Part shown: positions 1-13,679 of the stretch, piece after piece
Numbering within the stretch: position 1 is the first letter of the stretch
Layout: every line of letters starts with the position of its first letter
Assembly (NCBI GenBank): GCA_045837725.1
Contig: JBEWZL010000011.1
Location: 124,001 to 188,000 of the forward strand
Direction: 5' to 3'
From: Vermamoeba vermiformis
Lineage: Eukaryota
Length of the DNA: 64,000 nucleotides
Program-made: the position numbers and the translations under genes
The notes under the pieces: model-generated
Told to the model about the DNA's origin: nothing
The model's database searches: none
What the model saw: the letters and a program-made list of their open reading frames with translations, nothing else

Positions 1-3000
1 GTGCAGATCTTGAGTATCTTTTTGGATGCCCGTCAATCACAACAACCCCTCCCAAGTCTCAAAGACTTCAGACAACAACTGGTCGGCGCATCAGGACTGT
101 CGTTATCAAGCTATTTGGCTCAGTTTATTATCGCATCTGCAGAGACAGACGAAGAAATCTCCACTTACACAGTTGCTTCATTGATTACGTTGATAGAAAT
201 CGCAGTGCTGCTAGAGAGTAAGTTATTTTTATGTTGCTTGACACGCTATTTAGTTTGAACCAGAGATCAGATCTTGATCCGAATAATTCACAGTTTACCT
301 AACTGTAACGTTTAGAGCGAGGATTATGGCCGTCAAAGTACTCTTCATATATAGTCTCGGGAGCATCAAGGCCGCAAATTCTAACAGCGAGTCGAATGTC
401 AGACTCGTCATTTTCAGTTCCAGTCATTCTTGACACGAACACTCTTGTTGTCAAAGGACCTGCTTCAAATCTTCCAAAACTAACAGCGTACATTCAACAA
501 AACTACAACAAAACCATCACTGCAAGTGAGTATTTGCGTAAATTTGAATGTTCTCTGGCATTTCTAACGAAACGACAGAACCCATAGAACCAACTGACGA
601 TTTACCAACGGCTTTAATCATCGACTTTCCTCACCCAACAAGGCCAGAGTTCTCAACATTGATGATGGAAGAGCTGCCACCCGTGTTGACGAGACTGCAA
701 GGCTTCATCAGCCGCAACTCAAACTTCCCTTCAGAACGACTCCTGAAGATTCCACTCGTGTCACCATTCGACGGATGTATGACAGGCAAGTCGTTGGTGT
801 GTCAAGTGCGCATGGTACCATCGATGGGAACACCCATGTTCGATGCAATGATCGACTTCTTGGTTGGCAGACCAATCGATCTTCCTTTACTTCGTTCAAC
901 AATCAACTTTGTTCTCACCAACAATAAATCTCAACATCGGTCGTTGTTTGTTGTCTCGAGCACATCAGAGTCACATGAGATTCAAATGGACACAACCAAA
1001 CCTCCTTCATTTGAGTTCGGTAAGAATATCTCAGACACTTGTTTCACAAGAGCGAAACTAACATTGACTTTGACGTTCAATGAGACAGGTGAAAAAGAAG
1101 TACCACTGAACATCAACCAGAAGATGATTGCACTTCATCAACAGCGCTACCCATCATCGTCAATCTACAACATCACCGATATTGTGCGCGTCACTGGTGT
1201 GCGTTGAAAAGGCCAAGCTGATCGATGCTGTTCAAATGCTCTACATCTCGCACCCAAGTTGCACAATGATACTGAAAGACAACGAGACCGCAGTTATTGC
1301 AAGCTCTAGTGTTGTGCGATCAATGGCCGAAAAATCAGTCTTCATGCACGAGCCTATCAAAGAAGAAGATCTAATGGCCGCGATAACAAAGAACACAAAA
1401 ATGCCATTTATGGTTTCGGAGCCAAATGGATTGGTGAGATTTCATATCTTTCCAATTGTAAACACGAAAACAGCAATTGTTCAAGGCATCGTGCATCACT
1501 TGGCAAGCGATGGTTTCTCCGGCTTTTCAATGCCCCCGCGCGTAATTCAATTTTACCATCGCGAAGATAACTTCTTCTGGCAACTCACTCATGCTCTTCG
1601 TCCATCAGCAGTCGATGTGATGCTTCACTTCAATGCATGTCAAACACAACTCACACAAACAAAGAATGCAATGAAAGAATTTTGGACATCAAAGATTGCC
1701 TCGGGAGAGTTCGATCATCGCTTGGACATGCTGACAAGCATGCCTCGAGGAGGTGCACCAACATTCAATGGTGCTGAACGCATCGTCAAGCTTGAGTCAT
1801 CACTTTGGGAAGGACTGAAGAACAAGTCAAGTGAACTTGGCAGCACTCGCTTCCACTTGCTTGCAGCAGCATGGTCGATCGTGGTGTCTCGCTACAGTCA
1901 ACAAAACAAGTTCAACCTCGGCACAGCGTTTCATTGCAGAAAAGAAGACTGGCTCGATGCAACCATCTTCACATCGAATGCAATGCCAGTTCGTGTGGAG
2001 GTGGATCACGAGTTGAGTCTGAAAGACTTCGTTTCATCGCTGAAGAAGTCAGTCGATTCGTGCAAGAAGAATGAAGAGTATCCAGCATCAGCATTGATCA
2101 AAGACATCTTTGACACGAAGAAGATCGTCACTGCACAAGGTCAAAGTCCATTGTTCCAAATTGAAGTGAACTACTACCACATTCCTTCACTGCCCAAGTT
2201 GGCGTCGAAAGAGCTGGTGATGAAAGAGCGCATCTATCCTCACTACATGCAAGCAGGCATGACAGATTTGACAGCATGGTTCGTGACACTGAACAACGGA
2301 GTGATTCTGAACATCAAATACAACACCGATCTTTACAAACAAGATCTGATCGAACAAATCGAGAGTGATCTTCTCAACTTGCTCTCATTGTTGGTCAAGT
2401 CAAGTGCTGAGACAAAAGTGAACGAGATTGTTCGCACGAGTGGCAAGTCACTTGTGACCCGTGGTCGAGGTCCTGCTCGAAAGGGTAAGTAATGGATTGC
2501 CATATTAGTGTGTCAGTTCTAACGAACGAAAATACAGGACCATTTATTCCAATGTTTGCACGAGTGATGAACTTTGGCTCGTTGCCAGAGCGCAGCGAAA
2601 GTCTCGCAGTTGCAGACAAAGACACATCATTGACATTCAAACAACTCTCAACAGCAGCACGTGGAGTTGCAAAGATGATTCAAAGTCACGTGACAGGCAA
2701 ACATCAAGTTGTTGCAGTGCTCATGGATCGATCAGTTCTTTACACGACATCGATGCTTGGTATCATGAGTGCAGGATGTGTCTACTTGCCTCTCAACAGC
2801 TCAGATCCAATCGAACGCATCAAAGGCATTCTGACTGATGCTCGAGCGAGTGTTGTGATTACTCAACAAGACAAGCTTGATCTTGCTGAAGGACATAACG
2901 ACAGTCAAGCCGTTGGTGATCTCGTTGGACGAAGTGATGAAGCCAGTGGAAGTGAACTTGCCAGTGATTGGAGCACTCGATCCATGTTACATGATCTTCA

Positions 3001-4946
3001 CATCAGGAACAACAGGCAAACCCAAAGGAGTCGTTGTTCCTCACATTGCATTGAGCAACTTGGCAAACGAGATGTCATCAAGCTTCAATGATGTTCAAGG
3101 AGCATGTTTGGCACTGTTCGAGTTCAGTTTCGATGCACATTTGCACGATGTTGTGATGAGTATCTCTCGTGGCTGTCCATTGGTGATCTCGAAACCATTT
3201 GGCAACAAAGATCCACAATACATCATCGACACAGCACACTCGTTCAAAGTGACAACAATCTTGATGGTCCCGTCAATGCTTTCAATGATCTTGGACTACT
3301 TTGACATCAATGCATCGGAGAAGTCAAAGTTCAGTTCAGTTCAACTTGTTGGATGTGGTGGCGAAGCATTGTACGTCAAACTCGTTGACAGAACAAAGAA
3401 ATCACTTCCATCAGTTCGAGTGATCAACAACTATGGACCCACTGAAGCGTGTGTTCTTTGCAGTTACTATGACTGCAATACACTTCCTGAAACAAGATCA
3501 GCAAATGACGTCGTTCCCATTGGGGCGCCAATCCGCAACAGCGAGTTATTGATTCTCGGTGAAGATCGTCAACATCGTGCCAGTTGGAGTGACAGGACAG
3601 TTGTATATCGGTGGTGACTGCTTGGCTCTTGGGTACGCAAACAATCCTCAACAAACACAAGCAAAGTTCGTGGACCACCCTTATGCTGAAGGAAAGCGAT
3701 TGTATGCAAGTGGAGACTTGGCAAAGTATCTTCCATCAGGCGAGATTCACTTCTTGGGTCGTGCAGACAATCAAATCAAGCTTCGTGGGTACCGCATCGA
3801 GTGTGGTGAGATCGAGTCAGCAATTCTTGGATGCTCAGGTGTGAAGATGTCAAGTGTTGTCGTTCACAAATCAGAACAACGAGATCAATGCTTGGTTGGC
3901 TTTGTTGAGTTCGATTCATCAATCAACAACGAATCAAAGGTGTCACAACTGACAGTGGTACTTGGTGAACTGAAGACAAAACTTCCTCAATACATGGTAC
4001 CAACAAGAATTGTTGCGATCGATAAGTTCCCACTGACATCACATGGCAAAGTCGACACCAAACAACTTCCCAATCCATTCGAAGCCACCTACTTCAGCGA
4101 TCAACACGCATCGGGATCAACAGGTGCAATCAAACCATTGTCAAGCGAGGTCGAAAAGACAATCGCCAAGTGCTTCGCTGAGGTACTGAGTATCGATCAA
4201 TCAAAGATCGGATCAAATAGCAACTTCTTTGACTTGGGAGGCTCCAGTCTTCACGCCTTTACCCTCGTAAAAAAGATCAGCGAGGCACTCAACGTCAAAC
4301 TCGAATTGAAGCAATTCTTTGACAACGCATCGCCTGGAGAGCTTGCCAAACTGTTCGAGCAAAAAGAGCCAACAGCTCAACCTCAGTTCAATCTTGCTCG
4401 GTACAAGAGGAAGCCGCCGACTCACTACGAATGCATCATGTTAAAAGAGGCAACGGAGGCGCCAGCTACGAATATCTTCTTGGTCCACGGAGCATTCAGA
4501 AACGCATTAGTGTTCAAAGACGTTGCGGCCAAATTCCCGCCTTACGTGGCTGTCTATAGTTTCCAAGATTCAACGCCATTGGATGTGCACGAGACTGACG
4601 ATGATCAGCCTACGACAATGGAAGAGTTTGCGAACATCTACGTGAAACTTTTGCTGGAAGTTCAGGACAGTGGTATCTACCACTTGGCAGGAGATTATCA
4701 GCATTCGGTGAAAAGATTCGATCGGAAGTGACAGAAGAAACACCTGACTTCTTCGAACAGTTGGATCTGTTGCGTCACATTGTGCCACAAATCAAAGACA
4801 ACGAGATGCCACTGATTGTTGTTCGCTTTGGGTATCCAGATGAAGAGATCAGTGGTCACTCGACTCGTTTGCCAGCATCAGACTCGGTCACTTTGATCAA
4901 ACGAGGTGATGCTGTTCCCAACGAGATTAAAACTGTACTCAACTAA
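1..4946 (+). pseudogene. NRPS (possibly PKS-NRPS hybrid), 5' partial: (AT-like?)-C-A-T-truncated TE; frameshifted (pseudogene or sequencing indels)
   Basis: C domain: C1 motif PLNINQK...YN and HHLASDGFS. A domain: YMIFTSGTTGKPKGV, FSFDA, NYGPTE, LYASGDL, GRADNQIKLRGYRIE, HGKVD. T domain: FFDLGGSSL. TE start IFLVHG...YHLAG. GT-AG introns near 218-315, ~526-578 and ~2485-2538. Frame breaks without intron signals near 1200, 2880, 3570 and 4700-4730. Confidence 0.8.
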
Positions 4947-5090
4947 CGCGCACGTGATAAGCGTTGGCAATGTATTATTAGGATAAACTTGTTGGATCCC
5001 GAAATGTAAATTTTTCTTTCAAATTCCAGTACGTTTATTCTCTATTGAAGTAGAACGCGTGTAATAATGCCACACATCCGCTCACCCACA

Positions 5091-7888
5091 TCAATTAGTG
5101 GGAGATGTCTCAAACGGATCTCGGTCATTGTACGCAGCTCGTTCAACACGTGCAACTTTGCCCATCATCATAGGTCTTGCTGTCGGAGCAGCAGTCTTCG
5201 TCAATTCGATGAAACTGACGCAACGGCCCATCTCTGTGTATTTAGCAGCTGTTGCTTTGTCCGTCACTAAGTCATCAAAAATTAGCGATTGTTAGGAAAC
5301 ACGTGTCAAAAGTAAACCAACACTTTTGTAGGAAGGTAATTTGACACGGCAAACAGACCGTGCACGCGTTCGGTGACACTTTGACACCTGTCAACCAAAA
5401 AATTGACGCGTGTCAACCAGGATCAGGCAGAATTTTGTACCAATCGCAAAGTCGATGGGGGTTGAATTTGACACGTGTCACAGATGTCATAGCAAATGTC
5501 AACGTACCTTTGTAAACTGACTTCTGACACTTGTTGCAAAATCGTTCTCGTGAAAAATCTCCGCCGTCGCTGGTGCTCGTCAAATTCTCCCAAAGCATCG
5601 GACATTCAAATTCAAAATCACAATTATCTAGATAGAATTAGTAAATTTAAAGTATAATTGGCAGTTATTTGACTTACCAATGGCGTGTTTTTTACTCTCG
5701 ACCTTGCCATAATCAAGAGTGGTTCTTGTAGCCGTCTTTCCTTTAAAAGCTTGAATTCTTTTCTTGTAAAAATTCATCCAAGATTTGATCTTCAAGTTCG
5801 GATTTTGTCTGGGCCATTCTTTCATGAACAACGCGCGCCAAACAGTATTCGAAGTCATCGAAGAATTGAACGACTTGCTCACCTAAGAATAACGTTAGTT
5901 ATTACCAAATATGGTAAAAAATTGTGCCGTACTAATCGCCATGTTAAAGCGTGAATATCGAAAGAGGCGTAAGATCCAATATTTTCTCGAAGTTCGTTCG
6001 GTAAAATCGAGATCCAATCTTTCTTTTCCTCGGTCAAGCTATTAGGCAGAGATTTCAAATCGAACTTGAACGGTCCTTTGAAATTCACTGAAAATATTGC
6101 CTTTGAATCACCGGCAAAGGAAACGCCTGGATAACAATCCATGCCACGATGCAGCGTTTGGTCGAACGATCCTATATTTCCTAATAAGTACATTTTCATT
6201 GGTGTTAATAAACGAGGTACTTACCAACGTATTGACCATTTTTGGTAAAAAACAAACGTCTTTGATTGAACGTGTCGTACATGACTCCCAAGCCAATCAC
6301 ATCATTCTTGCTGAATTTAATTCCTGGAACACTAATGGCATTTCTCTTGTGATTGTACGATATCTGAGGAACGTCAGTAAGAAATCTGAGAATTATTTTG
6401 ATTTTTTGTAGGTGACACTTTGCATGACACGTGTCACTTTGGTAATGAAATTTCCGAAACCAAAATTGCGCGATACTTACGGTGCCGTCGGATAGAACTC
6501 CGAAACTGTTCTGCTGATAGCCCAGCATTTGAGTGTGGCGGTGGATCTGATTGCCAATACCGACCCCAAGCAGCCCTTCCTTCTTGTAAAACGTCACTTC
6601 GAAGTAGGCAGTCGTCGGGAACACTTTTTCTATTGCCATCAAGTCCCAATATTTTGACGTAGTGATGCTCATGTGGGAAATCTTCGGATATTTTCGGCCA
6701 ACTCCGCAATCCTTCATGTCCAAAGAATAAACTTCATTGGTAAGTGTCGGGATAATATTGGTCAGATTTCCAAGATCGACTTTCAGTTTTCCAATATCCG
6801 GACTTTCTGAAGGCTTGAGCACGTGGGTTAAATGTCCGAGATTAACTTTGAGATCGTCCGATGTTTGCGCTGGTCCACCGGCACTTTGTTTCGCAATGCA
6901 CTTGGGACACTCATCGTAGTCTCCACATTCAACGCAATGATAACGAGAAGCTTCGCTATCAGTAGTGGTGTTGCATACTTTGCACTGAAAATGAAATTTG
7001 TTAGCGGATGTACTTTGTCAAACTTAGTCAACGCAAACTTGTTTCCATTTAATGTATTGATAGAAATGTTATTAGACGTACTTTATAAGGTCCTCTATTG
7101 CCAGCACTTAACCATCGATCGTCGCTTTGATGCATCCTCATTAGCGGATGCGGATGGCTCGAACTCTTGACGAAGTACTCGCCGTTATTGATCTTATCGT
7201 GGCACGAATTGCACTCGAAATAGTTGCAAAATTCACACGTCCATTGTTCTATAATCAGCAGGATAAGTAACATTAGAAAAAAATAGAAAAAGACCCGTAC
7301 CTGTTCCTTTAACGCCATCCTTTGTCAACTTGCAAATTGAGCACGTCAACTTGCTTTCTTTATGTTTAATAAAACTAAGCGGATGGTTATGAACCTTTTC
7401 AGCTTTCTTTCGTTGGTTGACTAGATTTAGAAGTTGCATCCAACGTTCACAGCTCTGAAGTTGAATTAGCGTCAAGTAAGCTAAGCATCATATTTCTAAT
7501 AAAGCATATTAATAATAATAATCTACGTACTTCGTTATCTTTAACGGCAAAGCGAGGGCCAGACCAAAATTCATTTTCTTCTCTCGTGTTGATTACAAAC
7601 ACGTAATTAAAATTGCCATATTTCGGTCTTGTGGTGGTGTGTTCGTAAGTAATATCGTTCTATTTAATTATGATTAAATCAAGCTATTTTTAATTCATTA
7701 ATTATTTCTGGTGGAATTGCCAACGGCTCTTTATTGCTAATTAATTTTATTTCAATAATTACCGGTAATTCTCCTTCTATTTCGTATTTTCCGTTGCTGT
7801 GCAAAGTCAGTTCTGAATCGACCCACTCACGGTACCGCCAATACCGTACTTTTTGCCGACGCAATATCCGCACTTCGTTGTTTTCCAT
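5091..7888 (-). CDS. Multi-exon protein: PH-like / DC1-type Zn finger / SPRY / F-box / C-terminal Cys-rich module
   Basis: Spliced by eye. HNHPL...CSIC...WTCEFCNYFECNSC (DC1/C1-like). AYFEVTF...LGVGIG...LGYQQNSFG, DVIGLG, FFTKNG, YPGVS, VNFKGPFKFD (SPRY). ILPNELRENIGSY...WRALFMKEW (F-box). CPMLWENL...RFCNKCQKSVYKV at the C-terminus. Confidence 0.7.
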
Positions 7889-8009
7889 TATGCTCTGATA
7901 TTGCAGTACTTAATGGTTAATCATATGGTGTAAATAAAATCTGATACCAAGTTGGAATTACGTAGGTAAATGTCAAACTCAACAAGGAAATCAGAAATTC
8001 AGTCCAATT

Positions 8010-9460
8010 ATGTTAATGGACAGGACCGCGATATCTCTCATCGTTCTTACGCTATGCGTGCTGCATACGACGGTGGCCAGACCGCAATCTGCGCATAAAC
8101 AAGGCGATGGTTGGGAAGCAAGTCAAAATCATTTTTTGATCTGTTGATTTTACAATTAATTGGAAAATTTCTGGATGTTAATAGTATTATAGAAGATAAT
8201 TATTACATTCAAATCGTATGAAAATTAAAATTTTCGATGCAGTGGTATTGTCTTGGCAATTGCGATAATTCCGATCTGCTATCGCCTCGCGTCAAACAAT
8301 CAAATATCGGTGGATTCGTGCTTGCTGGAGGAGGCACGGACGATGATCCCGCATTCAAGGTTAGTCTTACAGTTTGTAGCATTGCACTGCCATCATGCTT
8401 TTTTTAACGTTCTTAATTGTGGCAGTGGATGGTAGAACAAGGAAACTACGGACACTTTGTAATTATTAGAGCATTCGGTACAGATGCGTACAATGAAGTA
8501 CGTACCGAGCTTAATTGATATTCAAGCTAATTTTGTTCAGTATGTCCATGCCTTTGGAGCACGAACCGTGTCAACATTGATAATCACCAGTATTGAAGGA
8601 TCAAACAATGATTTTGTCAACGATATCATCCTCTCAGCAGCCAGCTTATTCATTGCCGGAGGAGATCAATACGATTATTGGACCATTTGGAAAGACACAC
8701 GTGTTCAGCAGTCATTGCAAATGCGAATTAACAATGGCACGACTATTGGTGGCACATCAGCAGGCATGGCTGTTCTCGGAGAGGCAAGGACAATTTTTTT
8801 TAAGCCACATTTGCGTTACTAATTAAGTCTATAGTTTATCTACACTGCTGCGAACGGAACATCTGCGGAGTCATCGGTCGTTCTGAAGAACCCGTATGAC
8901 CCTACAATGAGCTTTGGCAGAGGCTTCTTGGACATCCCTATACTAAAAAACATCATTACTGACACGCACTTCGCTCAACGCGATCGTATGGGTCGTTCAA
9001 TGGCTTTCTTGGCACGGATCTGGACTGACTATCCTGACGGTACGTTCATCGTCCTGTGTTATCAAACTAATAGCCTTCGCAGTCCAAGTCGTTAAAGGCA
9101 TTGCCTGCGACGAACAAACAGCAGTTATGATTCAACAAGGCATCGGCAAAGTTGCTACAAGGATTGATAATGTGCAACCCAAGTGGCACGACAGTAAGCA
9201 GCCTGCATGTTACTGTATGAACTTTGTAGATAACTAACGGTATTACAGAGCACGTCGCGTACTTCTTTTTGTCGAAGAGACCGCCAGCAGTGTGTCAGCC
9301 AGACACGCCGTTAACATTCGGCAAGATCTCAGTGTGGCGACTTCACAACAACCAAACATTCGATCTCATCAACTGGACGAGCAATCAAGGCGAGTACTAT
9401 GAACTCGATGTCGAGAACGCCGATTTGTCCTCGAGTGGAAATAGCGGTCATATATATTAA
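8010..9460 (+). CDS. Secreted cyanophycinase-like serine peptidase (S51 family)
   Basis: Signal-peptide-like N-terminus; GGFVLAGGG, LFIAGGDQ, GGTSAGMAV (nucleophile motif) and ITDTHFAQRDRMGR. Several introns, including a GC donor near 8784. Confidence 0.85.
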
Positions 9461-9774
9461 AAGCGTCGCTCGTTGAGAAGGACAGGCATGATCTGGATAT
9501 GAAACTTTGTTTGGAATGTGAGAATTGCAAATCAATGTAAGCATATAAAGCGAAATAGCATGCGATAGCAGTTTGTATCAATATTATTCAATGTCAGATA
9601 CGCAACAGTTGAGCGTTACACTGCGGATCGCGACCGTCCAATCCGGGACCCTACCAGAAATATTACTGATAAACGCAGGATTGTTTTTCACTACTAGGCA
9701 GTGTAATTCGTTGAGGAAAATGATTCCTTCGTTGAAAAAAAGAAAATCAGTTCCTCACCGAGGGCAGTCCAAAC

Positions 9775-11426
9775 ATGGCACGAAAGAGAGAACGAGAAGA
9801 TGACGAGTACTTGAAAGACTCGAATAAAAAAGCGAAAATATCGAAAGATAAAAAGCACAAGAAGGACAAGAAGGAAAAGAAGAAAGATAAACGAAAACAA
9901 GCAGATCTGAAGCAAGAAGTGGGCTCGCAAGTGTTTGACATCACAGAACTGGTCGAGAATATTTTACAATATTTAATACGACGACCAGAGACAGTTCTTA
10001 GCATTGCAACAGTGTCTAGAAGGTACTCATTAATTTTAAGCAATTTTCGAAGTATTTTTTAATTGACATTTTTATTGACATTCCTTCGTTCCTTCCCGTA
10101 TTAAGCAATCAAATATTTACCCTTATTAAATAATCAAGTATTATATATATTAATAAAATTAAATCACTAATTTATAATTCCCTGGCAATTTTCAGACACA
10201 ACGCCATCGTCCATTCCAAATCGTTTTGGACACGATTAGGATTCACTGAAAAACTCAGTGATACCGATATTATCGAGCCAGCAGTATTAGTAAAACTTTT
10301 GCTTGGTATTCGCCACGATTACGTCGAGAAGAAATACGCCAAGCAAACAGCGATCTTGAACGCTAACCGCAAACGTGCCAAGTACGTAATATCTCATTCA
10401 TGAAAAATTTGGAGATTAGGCCATGCAGCTAGCATTTATTAATTAACATTAGGCCAATCGGAAACTCACTGGATCTGTCCTTCGACGACGAACTTCTCGT
10501 CAGATCTCATCTCGAACATTTCCTGGCTCAAAGAACTTATACTAGCGAAGCTTATATTGCCCTCGATAGAGTAAGATCCAATTCAAAGATGGATTCTTAT
10601 TATCGTATGGATGAGTTCTTAGAGATGCTTTTCATTACCGAATCTGAGATCAAGCGCAAAGAAGAAAGTAAGCTTCGTAGATTTCGTACTCCAGATAAGG
10701 AAAATAATCCTTATGTCTTCAATGAACCATAATGTGATCACAATATTACGTAATTCTCTTAGAGATTTATGAGAGGTCGGATCCGACAAACTGACTAACT
10801 TTCTTTTGCTCAGCGAGTGAATATCTTTCAGATAATTGCAAACGACGGAATTATCCGAAATTGGAAGATGATTTCGAAGGCTATCATATATTAATGGAGG
10901 TACGTGGTTCCGAGGATGACACGATTATTGAGATAAGAAAAAAGTTTATCGATGAGAATAAGTCCGTGGTATTTATTATTTATCATGGGTATATGCTGGC
11001 GGTCCGTTATATCTCCGTAAGTATTGATAGAGATATTTTCTTCGATTCCCTAATTTGGTAAATTAATTCTTTTTTTTGGATTAAGTTTAAACGATATGAA
11101 GATTGATTCAGTATACCATTGTTTTATTAATTCCGATGTTATTATAGGTTAACAAAAAGAGCAATATGATCGAATGTTGCGGAGATCTTATCCTATCAGC
11201 GCTGGATCCGCACAACCGGAAGGAAAATCGGTCCGTCACTATGTTGACCGAAGAGGTCCTGCGCACCATTTCAGTATTCTTATCGACGTCTATCTTCAAG
11301 CTGAAAAAAATTGATGAAAAGCTAGCAACAAAAGAATTGCCTTGTTTGTCGGGGGGTCGTCAAATACAAGTGGATCGAAAAGTAAAGCAATATTACTGGA
11401 AGGATATCCCTCTTTATAAAACATAA
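9775..11426 (+). CDS. Lys-rich N-terminus, F-box-like protein, tandem copy 1
   Basis: MARKRE...KKEKKK NLS-like tract, then VFDITELVENILQYL...VSR (F-box-like). Multi-exon; paralogous to 11619-13330. Confidence 0.6.
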
Positions 11427-11618
11427 AGAATTCGTTGTGCTTAATCCGCGTCATTTTTGATCTTCTTTGGTTGACTGTGTCGACTTTACCATATGGAACT
11501 GGAGCGAGCCGAAAATAGCTCGGTTGAGTAATGCCGCATTCTTTTTTGCTCTATAATTTCAACCGTTGAAAGTTTTTGGATGATTTTGCCCCGCGAAGTC
11601 CAACGAGGCAGTCCAAAC

Positions 11619-13330
11619 ATGTCACGAAAACGAGGAAGAGAAGACGACGAGTACGTGAAAGAATCAAATAAAAAGGCGAAGATATCAAAAAATAAGAAGG
11701 ACAAGAAGGAAAAGAAGAAAGAAAAGCGGAAACAAGCAGATCTGAATCAAGAAGTGGGCTCGCAAGTGTTTGACATCACAGAACTGGTCGAGAATATTTT
11801 ACAATACTTAATACGTCGACCAGAAACAGTTCTTAGCATCGCAAAGGTGTCTAGAAGGTACTCAGTAATTTTAAGCAATTTTCGAAGTATTTTTTATTTG
11901 ATACATTTTTGTTTTGCATTCAACGTCTATTCGTGCCTTCTTGTATTACATAATCGAGTATTTTATTTAACAAATAACTGGTTTTATTTTACGTAACATT
12001 TAATTTGCAATTTCAGACACAATGCCATTGTCCATTCCCGATCGTTTTGGACGCGATTGGGATTCACTGAAAAACTCAGCAAGACCTATACTATCGAGCC
12101 ACAAGCACTTAAAAAACTGTTGATTGGGATTCGAAGAGATTACATACAGAAGAAATACGAAGCTCAAACTGCCAATTTGAACAAAAACAGCCAACTCACT
12201 AAGTACGACTAAAGGGCCCTTTATTAACGGTTTAATTTGTCAATTTCAATTAATTACCAAATATTTTTATTGCTATACTAAATTTAGACTTATAGACCGA
12301 TTGGCCAAGCCGTAGATCTAACCTTTGAAGATCAAGTCTTACTCAACGCGAATCTCGAACATTTTTTTGCCCAAAGGACGTTTACTAGTGAAGCGTATAT
12401 TGTCCTTGAAAGAATACGAGTCAATTCGGACGCTTTATCATTCCTCGACTTTAATGAATTCTCGGAGATGGTTCTCATTCGGGAAGCCGAGATCAAGTCC
12501 AAAGAAAAGTGTAAGCTCTTTCTCGCAATTAATATTTCGCCTGAAAAAGAAATAATATAGAATTTATGCCACAAGAATTAATTGGCAAGCAATTTAGTTC
12601 GTTACAAAAACAAATCGTACCGAGATACCGAGATATGAGACTAACTAGATTATGTTATTAGCGTACGAAATTTTGGATGATCTTAGAGTCCAAAAGTATC
12701 CTGAACGCGACGATGATTTTGAAGGCTATTACGACCTGTTGAACGTCAAGTTCACTCATACCTATGAACCATCGTACGCGGTTAGAAAAAAATATATCGA
12801 TGAGAACAAGTCCGTAATATTCTTCATAGACTTCGGGTACTACACAAAAATTCATTATATATCCGTAAGTATTCGAAAACAAGTCACATCTCGCGCACGA
12901 TCCTTATCCATTTTTCCTTATTTGGAATTGTTGAACGAATCTTGCATCGATCACAACTATTTAAATTGACTTTCGTTTTCAGTTAAACGAAAAGACGAAT
13001 TCGATCGAATGTTGTGGAGATCTCGTCCTTTCAGCGCTTGATCCACACAACTGGACGGAAGATCTGCAGTTGAACGCTCTGAATGCAGATGTTATGTACG
13101 ATATTTCGTTCTTCTTATCGCGCTATGTATTCAAGCTCTCAGAAGTGAAGGAAAATCTAGCCGATGAAGAATTCGCAGCGATGTGTGCACTGTACACGAG
13201 CATGCAAAAACGCATTAACGTCAGTCGCAAAGTACCGCAGTATTATTGGGAGAATATTCCTCTTCGCGATCGCCCGTTCTCGGTCAATTGTCGCTCAGCT
13301 GGATACCATCAATTAAAATGGCGGTGTTAA
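11619..13330 (+). CDS. Lys-rich N-terminus, F-box-like protein, tandem copy 2
   Basis: First exon nearly identical to copy 1. Shared later motifs RKKY/FIDENKSV and IECCGDL.LSALDPHN, with matching intron positions. Confidence 0.6.
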
Positions 13331-13679
13331 TAATATGGTGATTGTGGTAGTCATATAGAATAAGCAATCGGCGGTGGATGCGCTCAAGGAAGGAAAGAAA
13401 AAAATGCTGCGATAACAATAATACGACAATAGTGAGCTATCATGACCATGCAACCAAGTTTTCACAACATTTTGCGGCCGTTGAGCTTCCAAATGTGATT
13501 TTTAGACCGGGAGAAGCTGGGGAGAAGCCAGGGAGAACCTTGTGGAAGCTTCTGTGATTCAATCAGGGCAATGTCTCACGCGAGGCACGACCTGTTCACT
13601 AAAAATGTATAAATATAATCGAATCGGTTAAACGCTCAGTTAGTTCAAATTTTTGTTCGATCAACCACAACAGAACAGG

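Noticed and set aside
13509-13540. GGGAGAAGC-like triple repeat upstream of the sugar transporter
   Set aside because: Only three short degenerate units and no other copies seen; could be a promoter element but unsupported.
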